Part shown: one piece after another, positions 1-8,195 of the stretch
How positions within the stretch are numbered: the stretch's first letter is position 1
Layout of the letters: the number at the start of each line of letters is the position of its first letter
DNA from: Acetatifactor sp.
GTDB lineage: Bacteria > Bacillota > Clostridia > Lachnospirales > Lachnospiraceae
Length of the DNA: 57,109 nucleotides
Reading direction: 5' to 3'
Assembly: GCA_045593865.1 (NCBI GenBank)
Contig: JAZNXM010000140.1
Coordinates: 1 to 57,109, forward strand
Notes under the pieces: generated by a model
Seen by the model: only the letters and a program-made list of their open reading frames with translations
Database searches by the model: none
Told to the model about the DNA's origin: nothing
Made by a program: the position numbers and the translations under genes

Positions 1-1
1 A

Positions 2-778
2 GAGAACGATGTTCTCAATGGTATCAGCATGTTGTTCATGAAGCTTTTGACCAACAGAGCGCAGATGTTTGCAGACGTTCGTACATACTGGAGCGGTGAC
101 GCGATCAAGAGAGTAACCGGTTATGAGATTGAAGGCTGTGCAAAGGAATCTGACGGTGTGATCCACCTGATCAACTCCGGCGCATGCTGTCTGGATGCGA
201 ATGCAGAAGCAAAGGATGCTGACGGCAATGCAGTGATGAAGCCTTGGTATGAAGTAACCGAAAAAGACATGGATGCGATCATGGCAGCAACTACCTGGAA
301 CCCTGCAGACAACGGTTATTTCCGTGGCGGCGGATATTCTTCCAGATTTGAAACCAAGGCAACCATGCCCGCAACCATGATCCGTCTGAACCTGGTAAAG
401 GGATTAGGCCCTGTGATACAGATTGCAGAAGGCTGGACAGTAGGACTTCCTGCAGAGGTTTCTGATACCCTTTGGAAGAGAACCGACTATACATGGCCTT
501 GTACCTGGTTTGCACCAAGATGCGATGGCAAGGAAGGTTCTGCATTCAAGACCGCTTATGAAGTAATGAACAACTGGGGTGCTAACCACGGCGCAATCAG
601 CTATGGTCATATCGGTGCGGATCTTATTACACTTTGTTCCATGCTGAGAATTCCTGTATGTATGCACAACGTTCCTGAAGAACAGATCTTCCGTCCCGCT
701 GCATGGAATGCATTTGGTATGGATAAAGAGGGTCAGGATTATCGTGCTTGTGCAGCATATGGTCCTCTGTATAAATAA
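2..778 (+). CDS. fucI: L-fucose isomerase, C-terminal part (5' end lies outside the window)
   Basis: The frame is open from the window start ([10 protein letters not shown]...). It carries the FucI motifs [25 protein letters not shown] and [16 protein letters not shown]. Confidence 0.95.
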   Translation, partial: ENDVLNGISMLFMKLLTNRAQMFADVRTYWSGDAIKRVTGYEIEGCAKESDGVIHLINSGACCLDANAEAKDADGNAVMKPWYEVTEKDMDAIMAATTWNPADNGYFRGGGYSSRFETKATMPATMIRLNLVKGLGPVIQIAEGWTVGLPAEVSDTLWKRTDYTWPCTWFAPRCDGKEGSAFKTAYEVMNNWGANHGAISYGHIGADLITLCSMLRIPVCMHNVPEEQIFRPAAWNAFGMDKEGQDYRACAAYGPLYK

Positions 779-812
779 GAATTGAGCAAGCTTCTGTTAT
801 AGGAATGGCTTT

Positions 813-840
813 AGAAAGGACTCTCAGGAGTCCTTTCTGT
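813..840 (+). terminator. Rho-independent terminator after fucI
   Basis: AGAAAGGACTC-TCAG-GAGTCCTTTCT forms a perfect 11-bp stem. Confidence 0.75.
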
Positions 841-1027
841 GCTTTATCGGAAGGTTTTGTTCATCCGTTAGGTGATTACGTCATAATATAATTTGGCAGG
901 TCTCTTTGAAAATCCATGAACAGCAGCAAAATGTTGAGGTGTTCCATTTACGACTTGTATTACAGCCAAAAATAATTTATAATAAAGCAAAAGGCAATAA
1001 AGCAAAGAACGAATGGAGGAAAGATAA

Positions 1028-1465
1028 ATGCTGAAAGGAATCCCTAAAATTTTATCCCCTGAACTCTTAAAGGTATTATGTGAAATGGGACATGGAGACA
1101 GATTGGTAATCGGAGATGGTAACTTCCCGGCAGAATCCATGAGTAAAGATGCGATCGTTATCCGTATGGATGGTCACGGTACATGTGACGTGCTGGAAGC
1201 AATTCTGCAGGTGTTCCCGTTAGATACTTACGTAGAAAAGCCTGTAACCCTGATGAAGGTTATTCCCGGCGATGATGTGGAAACACCTATCTGAAATAAA
1301 TATGCTAAGATTATTGCGGCTGCTGACGAAAGAGGTGCGGATATAATCGAGAATATCGAGCGATTTGCCTTTTATGGGGAAGCGCAGAATGTTTATGCTA
1401 TCATTGCAACCGGTGAGAGCGCACTGTATGCGAATATGATTTTGCAGAAGGGTGTCGTAGTGTAA
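1028..1465 (+). pseudogene. fucU: L-fucose mutarotase (RbsD/FucU family) interrupted by an in-frame TGA at 1292-1294
   Basis: N-terminus reads MLKGIPKILSPELLKVLCEMGHGD...DGNFP. After the TGA the same frame continues NKYAKII...ERFAFY...[23 protein letters not shown] to TAA at 1463-1465. The stop falls where homologues usually have Trp (TPIW). Confidence 0.85.
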
Positions 1466-1494
1466 AAACAGGTTTATCATTTGAATGAAATAAC

Positions 1495-1536
1495 ATATCG
1501 CTCCATGGCTGAAAAGGAGTCATGGAGCGATATTTT
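1495..1536. terminator. Probable bidirectional terminator between convergent fucU and the AEC gene
   Basis: ATATCGCTCCATGGCT-N7-AGTCATGGAGCGATAT followed by TTT. Confidence 0.7.
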
Positions 1537-1624
1537 GTCTGTTGAGAAACATCCCGGATTAAAATCGTCAGCAGTCTCGCGCAATGGGACGAAACGGAGT
1601 ATATTACGGGATGAAGTATACTAC

Positions 1625-2569
1625 CTAAATAAAATGTATCATCTCAGCCAGCTGCACGATCAGCGGGATGCTGACAATAGACAACAAGGTGGAAATAATT
1701 ACAGTCTCTACAGCGTAGGAATAGTCGCTGTCATACAGCTGTGCATACACAGCTACATTGGAACCGGTGGGGCAGGCAGCCACGATCAACAGTGCCATCT
1801 TCATTTCTGCGAATTCTTCAGGCAGGAAGAATAATATGGCCATGGAAACCAGTGGAATGATGATCAGTCGTACTGCAGAGAGCAGATACAATTTTGACTT
1901 TTTGATCATCTTTGCCGGATTGGTCTGGGCCAGATAGATACCGATGGTAAACATGGCAAGCGGTGTGTTCAAGCCGGATATGTACTGAATGCCTTTGTTG
2001 ATCAGACCGGGCATGGGTATTTTGGTCAGGAAGAAAAACAGACCGATGATGGTAGCAATCATAAAGGGTGCGGTCATAAGTCTCTTTGGAGAAGGCAGGA
2101 ATTTTTTAAAGGAGCCTTTTGCCTTTGTGGCAGATGCATCTGTGGTCAACAATGCAACGCCATAAGACCATTGTAACAGATTTACAAATGCAATAAAAGC
2201 CGCAACATAAAATACTGCGCCATCACTTAAGGTAGCCACAATCAGCGGAATGCCGAAGAATCCGGGATTGGAGAAGGAAGATGCAAAGCAGAGGATTGCA
2301 TCTTTGGAAAAGAACAATCTGGAAATAACAATGGAAATAATCATAACGATCAAAGCGGCAAGTGAGCTGTAGATCAGTCCCATTAAGCGTTCGGTAGAGT
2401 ATTCTACCAAGAAGCTGTTGATGATAACGCATGGTAAGGAAAGGTAAATCAGAATATTGCTCAGATTACGACAGCCTTCCATAGTGATTTTCTTGGTGCG
2501 GAAGCAGATGTAGCCTACTGCTGCTAACAGGAACATTATCAATACCTGTTGGATAAGTAAAGTAGTCAT
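1625..2569 (-). CDS. AEC (auxin efflux carrier / malate permease-like) family transporter
   Basis: About 10 TM segments; motifs SLPC, FSNPGFFGIP, NTPLAMFTIG, ACPTGSN. Confidence 0.85.
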   Translation of the reverse strand: MTTLLIQQVLIMFLLAAVGYICFRTKKITMEGCRNLSNILIYLSLPCVIINSFLVEYSTERLMGLIYSSLAALIVMIISIVISRLFFSKDAILCFASSFSNPGFFGIPLIVATLSDGAVFYVAAFIAFVNLLQWSYGVALLTTDASATKAKGSFKKFLPSPKRLMTAPFMIATIIGLFFFLTKIPMPGLINKGIQYISGLNTPLAMFTIGIYLAQTNPAKMIKKSKLYLLSAVRLIIIPLVSMAILFFLPEEFAEMKMALLIVAACPTGSNVAVYAQLYDSDYSYAVETVIISTLLSIVSIPLIVQLAEMIHFI

Positions 2570-2687
2570 AGTGAGTCTCCTTTTTGTAAAATTTATCTAA
2601 TTATACTTGAAAACATATTGTTTTTCCAATATGAATTTAGTACTATATATATAACTTTGAGATGATATACAACCTTGCGATTTATGG

Positions 2688-2845
2688 GTCTCTCACAGAC
2701 CTCCATATCACTCATACCTCCTGTAGCCGGACAATTCTTTAAATGTATGCCAGTCAGCGGGCACATATGTTTGCTGATGTGACATATTTTTGAGAAATGA
2801 TTCCGTTACATGATGCATTATGTGTTATATGGTTTTGACAGAGGC
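2688..2845 (+). repeat. Long imperfect rod-like inverted repeat in the AEC/LysR divergent region
   Basis: Apical stem TCAGCGGGCA-CATA-TGTTTGCTGA (three G-U pairs), extended by CCATAT/ATATGG and GTCTCT/AGAGGC. Confidence 0.6.
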
Positions 2846-2915
2846 TAATGATGCAGGACAGTTTTGTAACTTCCGCTCCAAGCACGCAGGTTATGGAAAG
2901 GGTATGGTTAATGGT

Positions 2916-3815
2916 ATGGAATGGAATCAGCTTCAGCGATTTTTGGTAGTAGCAAGGGAAGAGAATATTTCGAAGGCGGCACAGATTTTAGATACCTCCC
3001 AGCCCTCCTTGAGCCAGATCATCAAAAGGCTGGAAGAGGAGCTGGGATATGAGTTGTTTGAGAGGGAAGGTAAGCGGATTCGTCTTAACGAGTCAGGCAG
3101 GATCATGATGCAGGCTGTTATGCAGATGGACGAGCTGATGGGGAACACAAAGGTCAGACTGGAAGAATTGAATGGCATAAAGCATCCGGAGGTTTCCATT
3201 CATTTTGCAACGGCTTCCACGCTGCTGCCGGAGCTGCTTTTATATCTGAGAAAGCGGGATCCACAGATACAGTACCGGATTCACCAGTGGAAGGCGGAAA
3301 ATACACAATACGAGAATGATATCCAGATTCTGGCAGGCCCCATTGGCAGTGATCCTTATGTGGGGATGCGAGAAAAGGATGACATCCTATTAATGGAGGA
3401 AATATGTCTGGCTATACCCAGTAAGCATGCCTTAATGGACAGGGAAACGCTTTTGTTGGGAGATCTGATACAAGAAGAATTCATTAACCTGAATGAGCAT
3501 TGGGAGTTGGGAAGGGCAATCAGACAAGAGATGGACCGGCTTCTGTTTGCGCCCAAAATGACCATGATGGTGGATAATCCCAACATGATGAGGGAATTGC
3601 TTAAGTCACATCTGGGAATCGCGTTTGTACCGGCTGTTTCGTGGCGTTCCTTTGCAGGGGAAGAAATCGCAATACGTCCTGTGGAGGATTTTCGATTGAA
3701 AAGGGTAGTCTATTTAAGAACCAGTCCCCGGAAATACCTGACAAGGGAGCAAAAGCAATGTCTTGCAGGAATCAAGGAATTTTTTGCAAAATACAGGGAT
3801 AACATATCCCGGTAA
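2916..3815 (+). CDS. LysR-family transcriptional regulator
   Basis: N-terminal HTH QLQRFLVVAREENISKAAQILDTSQPSLSQIIKRLEEELGYELFER. It is divergent from the AEC transporter. The start is moved from the ORF-track position 2820 to MEWNQ. Confidence 0.92.
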   Translation: MEWNQLQRFLVVAREENISKAAQILDTSQPSLSQIIKRLEEELGYELFEREGKRIRLNESGRIMMQAVMQMDELMGNTKVRLEELNGIKHPEVSIHFATASTLLPELLLYLRKRDPQIQYRIHQWKAENTQYENDIQILAGPIGSDPYVGMREKDDILLMEEICLAIPSKHALMDRETLLLGDLIQEEFINLNEHWELGRAIRQEMDRLLFAPKMTMMVDNPNMMRELLKSHLGIAFVPAVSWRSFAGEEIAIRPVEDFRLKRVVYLRTSPRKYLTREQKQCLAGIKEFFAKYRDNISR

Positions 3816-3825
3816 AACAGAGCTT

Positions 3826-3895
3826 AAGTTTCGTAAAAGTTTCGTAAAATTATTGTGTCCGGGAAATTGACAAAGCAGACACATAATGCTAAATT
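3826..3895 (+). promoter_or_regulatory. Sigma-A promoter of the mgtC-like gene with an upstream 11-bp tandem direct repeat
   Basis: TTGACA (3867-3872), 17 bp, then TG-n-TAAATT (3890-3895). AAGTTTCGTAA occurs twice at 3826-3847. Confidence 0.6.
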
Positions 3896-4003
3896 ATATA
3901 TGTGATGAAGAGAAAAGGAGACGTGTCAAAACAAGAGATCCCCATTTTGTTTTGAGGCGTTTTTCCTATTATCATAGGGAAGAGAAGGAGAGGTATCGTA
4001 GAG

Positions 4004-4702
4004 TTGATTGAGTATTTGAGAGAGTTGAACATGGCATCTATTGTATTCCGCATCTTGTTGGCCATTATCGTGGGTGGTGTTGTGGGCCTGGAACGTGGAA
4101 GAAAGAACCGGCCGGCGGGATTTCGTACCTACATTCTGGTATGTCTGGGTGCGGCTCTTGTCATGATGACAAACCAGTATGTATATGTGACCTATCATGT
4201 CAGTGATCCGGTTCGATTAGGTGCACAGGTTATCAGCGGTATCGGTTTTTTGGGGGCAGGAACCATTATGCTGACGGGAAAGAATCAGATTAAGGGACTG
4301 ACCACTGCAGCCAGTCTGTGGACGGCAGCCTGTAGTGGCCTGGCAATCGGTATCGGCTTTTATGAAGGTGCCATCTTGGGTGGACTGGCAATCGTATTTA
4401 CCGTATCCGGTCTGCATAAATTTGATAACTGGATGCGTTCGCGGTCCAAGTATATTGAGCTGTACATAGAATATAATGAAGGGAAAAATACCTTCAGTGA
4501 CTTTCTCATCTATGCCAAGGAGAATCAGTTTGATATAGCCAATATCCAGGCCAGTAAGGATGAATATTATCACAGGGAAAAGGGTAAGCAGAGAATGGTA
4601 AGCTATATTTTGACAGTGCAGAGCAAGGTAAAGCGTTCCCATGCGGAGATGATCGATATCTTGACTCAGGCCAAGGGAATCCAGTATATTGAGGAGTTGT
4701 AA
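4004..4702 (+). CDS. MgtC/SapB family membrane protein
   Basis: GLER..RPAGFRTY, DPVRLGAQVISGIGFLGAGTI and GLTTAASLW motifs. Confidence 0.92.
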   Translation: MIEYLRELNMASIVFRILLAIIVGGVVGLERGRKNRPAGFRTYILVCLGAALVMMTNQYVYVTYHVSDPVRLGAQVISGIGFLGAGTIMLTGKNQIKGLTTAASLWTAACSGLAIGIGFYEGAILGGLAIVFTVSGLHKFDNWMRSRSKYIELYIEYNEGKNTFSDFLIYAKENQFDIANIQASKDEYYHREKGKQRMVSYILTVQSKVKRSHAEMIDILTQAKGIQYIEEL

Positions 4703-4728
4703 AAAATAGAAATAATTGGAAAAAACAG

Positions 4729-4756
4729 TTGACAATTTATTCTTAAGGAGTATAAT
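4729..4756 (+). promoter_or_regulatory. Consensus sigma-A promoter
   Basis: TTGACA (4729-4734), 16 bp, TATAAT (4751-4756), with an A-rich UP-like tract upstream. Confidence 0.8.
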
Positions 4757-4794
4757 AGCAAAAAATAATCCATTTAGGGAAAGGAGATAATCAA

Positions 4795-4926
4795 ATGAAG
4801 AGCATTGACAGATATCAGTTAAATATTGTTGCCAATTTGCATTCCGATATGGTGAATGAGTTCTTTGGCGTACCCGGAAAATTGTTTATCCCTATACAAA
4901 CCTTTCCTTCGGTTATTACTATATAG
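4795..4926 (+). CDS. Unannotated 43-aa peptide MKSIDRYQLNIVANLHSDMVNEFFGVPGKLFIPIQTFPSVITI
   Basis: AAGGAG at 4781-4786 lies 8 nt before the ATG. The ORF sits directly below a consensus promoter and is followed by a terminator. It is below the ORF-track size cut-off. Confidence 0.7.
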   Translation: MKSIDRYQLNIVANLHSDMVNEFFGVPGKLFIPIQTFPSVITI

Positions 4927-4955
4927 AAAAGTATTGTGTAATTATAGTATCTGAG

Positions 4956-4995
4956 AGCCGATGTCTGTATAGGAATATATGGATATCGGCTTTTT
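4956..4995 (+). terminator. Terminator or attenuator between the small peptide and the ABC genes
   Basis: AGCCGATGTCTGTATA-GGAA-TATATGGATATCGGCT followed by TTTT: about 16-bp stem with G-U pairs and a GNRA loop. Confidence 0.75.
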
Positions 4996-5116
4996 GTTTC
5001 AGGTGTGGGCAAAAATTGTTTTTTTGGTTGATGCGCTGCTTCTTTGCAGCGACCGACGATAAATGTTCATTAAAAAATAAGGTAGTCAATTTCACTATCG
5101 AAAAGGAGGAGAATGA

Positions 5117-7447
5117 ATGAAGTTACCGAAAAGTTTTATATGCGCAGTTCTCCAATACGATATTGCAGAGGGGGATATTGTCTTTGCGGCTGCGGCGGAT
5201 TTTGATATGGATTACCGCTTTGCGGACTCCATTGTTGCGCTAACCGGGGACAAGCTTATTCTGGCGGCGTATCCGTACCGGGAGAACGCAGAGTATCATT
5301 TGGGCGGTTACCCCAGCCGGCAAATGTCTGCAGGGGCAGCGGATCCGGGAATTCTGACAGAGGCCCCTACACTGTGGGTCTATAATCTGGAGCGGGTAGA
5401 CGCGGTTAAAGTGATCCGTCAGATCGGCACGGGCATTCTGATAGCAGTCATTGACGGCACGGAGCGAAAACTGTGTCATTTTTCCAATACAAGGATGGCT
5501 GCCTTTTTGAGGCTAAGTGCTCTGTTTAACAAAACCAAGAAGAACGAAGAGATTCTTCCGAAAGACCTGAATGTGGAGAATGGCAGGGAATGCTGTCCCA
5601 AATGCGGCATGATCTACTACGATCAGGCAAGAAAGATCTGTCCCAAGTGTATGGATAAGAAATCGATCTTACTTCGGATTCTGGAGTATTATAAGCCCTA
5701 CAAATGCATTCTGGCGGTTATGATACTCTGTTATATTGGGACTGCTGGTCTCAATCTGGTATGGCCATACCTCAGCGGAACGGTTCTGTACGACAGGATT
5801 CTGGTCCGTGACGAGGCATTTTTGGCTGCATGGAATCTGCCCCAGGGCCGTTTCATGGCAGCGCTGGTAATGTTGGTATTTGCCATGATATTTGCTAAAA
5901 TTACCATGCAGGCAGTGGGCATTTTGCAGGGAGTTTTGTCTGCCCGCATTACACCCCAGGTTCTGGCAGCCATCAAAAGTCAGGTGTTTGCGTCCATGGG
6001 GAAGCTGTCCATCAGCTTTTATAGCAGGCGGCAAACGGGTGGACTGATGAGCAGGATTACTGATGATGCGGAGGAGGTTTCTGGCTTTTTTGTAGACGCC
6101 ATGCCTAATTTCTTTATCAATGCCGGTACACTGCTATCTACTTGGGCGATTTTGTTTGTGATTCATCCGGGGCTGGCAGTGGTAACGGTATTCCTGATGC
6201 CTGTCCTAGTGTATATTAATGTAAAACTGGAGCCCACCGTCTGGTATTTTGTGGGAAAGATGTCCCGGGCGCGGAGGCGCATGAACGGGCAGATCAATGA
6301 GAATATCACAGGTGCCAGAGTGGTAAGGGCCTTCGGTCAGGAAGATCTGGAAATAGAGCATTTTTCAAAGAATAATAAGTTGCTTAGGGAAGCAGACAAG
6401 GATCGAATTTTTTCCATTGATCTGACAAACGGAATGTACCGTGTGGTGGAGAGCATGATTGTTTTTCTGGTATGGGCGGTAGGAAGTGCCCTGATTATCA
6501 GTGGCTCTAATTTAGAGCTGGGTGTGCTGCTTACTTTTTCGGCCTATGTAGGACAGATTAGGGGACCTTTGCATTTCATGGGTAATTTTTCCCACCGGTA
6601 CACCTGGTGCATGAATGCGGCCCAGCGTCTGTTTGAGATCATAGATGCAGTGCCCGAGGTATTGGAGGCTCCGGATCCCATCCGCCCGCAGGCTTTTACG
6701 GGAGAGATTGAATTGCGGAACGTGACCTTTGGCTACGAAGCCAATAAGCCTGTTCTGAAAAATGTCAGCTTCCATGTACAAGCAGGCGAGGTATTGGGCA
6801 TCGTGGGACGATCCGGTGCCGGCAAATCCACACTGGTAAACCTGATTTCCCGCCTTTATGATGCGGAACAGGGAGAGGTGCTGGTGGACGGCATCAATGT
6901 AAAGGAATATGGCTTTCAGGAGCTGCGTAAGAACATAGCCATGGTATCTCAGGAGACTTACATATTTATGGGCACGGTGGCAGAGAATATTGCCTATGCC
7001 AGACCGGAAGCGACGCTTAAGGAAATCATCCATGCGGCCATACAGGCCGGGGCACATGACTTTATCTGCCGTATGCCGGAAGGGTATAACACGATTTTGG
7101 GAGGCTCCGGTCGCAGTCTTTCAGGCGGTGAAAAACAGCGTATCTCCATAGCTAGGGCGATTCTGGCGGATCCTAAGATTCTCATTCTGGATGAAGCTAC
7201 CTCAGCCGTGGATACTGCCACGGAGCTGACCATCCAGAGAGCATTGGAGAGGCTGGGGAAAGGCCGGACGGTCCTTTCCATTGCGCACCGGCTGTCTACT
7301 CTTCGCAATGCCAATCATCTGATTGTGCTGGAAGGCGGACAGATTACGGAATACGGTACGCATGAGGAGCTGCTGGAAAAGAAGGGAACCTACTATAAAT
7401 TAAGGGAACTACAGACGAAGGCTCTTGCAATGAGAGGGATTGAGTAG
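5117..7447 (+). CDS. ABC exporter (TMD+NBD) with a ~190-aa N-terminal extension ending in a CxxC..CxxC Zn ribbon
   Basis: Walker A GRSGAGKST, signature LSGGEKQR, ILDEATS, IAHRLST, 6 TM segments, and CPKCG...ICPKC. Confidence 0.9.
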   Translation: MKLPKSFICAVLQYDIAEGDIVFAAAADFDMDYRFADSIVALTGDKLILAAYPYRENAEYHLGGYPSRQMSAGAADPGILTEAPTLWVYNLERVDAVKVIRQIGTGILIAVIDGTERKLCHFSNTRMAAFLRLSALFNKTKKNEEILPKDLNVENGRECCPKCGMIYYDQARKICPKCMDKKSILLRILEYYKPYKCILAVMILCYIGTAGLNLVWPYLSGTVLYDRILVRDEAFLAAWNLPQGRFMAALVMLVFAMIFAKITMQAVGILQGVLSARITPQVLAAIKSQVFASMGKLSISFYSRRQTGGLMSRITDDAEEVSGFFVDAMPNFFINAGTLLSTWAILFVIHPGLAVVTVFLMPVLVYINVKLEPTVWYFVGKMSRARRRMNGQINENITGARVVRAFGQEDLEIEHFSKNNKLLREADKDRIFSIDLTNGMYRVVESMIVFLVWAVGSALIISGSNLELGVLLTFSAYVGQIRGPLHFMGNFSHRYTWCMNAAQRLFEIIDAVPEVLEAPDPIRPQAFTGEIELRNVTFGYEANKPVLKNVSFHVQAGEVLGIVGRSGAGKSTLVNLISRLYDAEQGEVLVDGINVKEYGFQELRKNIAMVSQETYIFMGTVAENIAYARPEATLKEIIHAAIQAGAHDFICRMPEGYNTILGGSGRSLSGGEKQRISIARAILADPKILILDEATSAVDTATELTIQRALERLGKGRTVLSIAHRLSTLRNANHLIVLEGGQITEYGTHEELLEKKGTYYKLRELQTKALAMRGIE

Positions 7448-7498
7448 AAAGCGAAACACGAGTTTGAAAAGAACTAAGTGTGAAAATTCCTTCCAAAC

Positions 7499-7556
7499 GA
7501 CACATTAGCGTAGTTTCACAAGCAAGCTTGTGAAGTACAGGAAAGAGGTATATATG
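7499..7556 (+). repeat. 58-bp hairpin+SD+ATG repeat, copy A
   Basis: 54/58 nt identical to 40217-40274. Contains TTCACAAGC-AA-GCTTGTGAA. Confidence 0.9.
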
Positions 7557-8135
7557 ATCGGAAAAGTTGAAAATAAAAGACAGGACTTACTGGCGCTGAA
7601 GGATTTTGATGAGGAAGCCCTCAAGAGAGAATCGGAGGAGGTTCTCCGGATGCATTTTCTTACCAAGGAGAATGCCGTGTTTGCCAGAACAGATGGCGGA
7701 TTTCTCTCCTTAAAGGTGGAGGACAAAGAATACAAAAGGGTGGGATTTTATTTGACCTTTCCCATGACAAATCCGGAGGAATTTATATCCATTCGGGAGG
7801 CGGATGAAAAGGCAAGGGAAATCGGATTAATTGAAAAATTGACGGATCTTGATCCAAAACAGCAGGAAATGGTGCGTGAGCAGATCCGGCTGCGCTATTT
7901 CATGCCGATAATTACCAGGATATTGGATATAAAGGACGAGTACGGCTATGCCTATTGGCATGTGATGACCAACTTCGGAGCCTGCCGTTTTACCACCCAG
8001 ATGCGGGGGAATACCGTGGTTTACTTAAGTGACAGAAGACTGATGCTTACGGATATTGACGGCAATCGCTATGAAATTACGGACTTCTTTAAGCTAAGTC
8101 CAACAGAACGCAAGAAGATGGATCTCTTTATTTAA
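7554..8135 (+). CDS. DUF1854-domain protein
   Basis: TFP...EFISIR..EIGLI, RYFMPIITRI, AYWHV.T..G...F and LMLTDIDGNRYEI motifs. It lies between two ABC genes, the usual DUF1854 context. Confidence 0.8.
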   Translation: MIGKVENKRQDLLALKDFDEEALKRESEEVLRMHFLTKENAVFARTDGGFLSLKVEDKEYKRVGFYLTFPMTNPEEFISIREADEKAREIGLIEKLTDLDPKQQEMVREQIRLRYFMPIITRILDIKDEYGYAYWHVMTNFGACRFTTQMRGNTVVYLSDRRLMLTDIDGNRYEITDFFKLSPTERKKMDLFI

Positions 8136-8195
8136 CCGAGTGCGGGCTGAACGGCCCTTTTTACTATATGATCGACAAGAAAGGCAAGGGCAAAT

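Noticed and set aside
1292-1294. TGA recoding (genetic code 4 or selenocysteine)
   Set aside because: Other genes end in TGA and use TGG for Trp. The position corresponds to Trp, not Cys.
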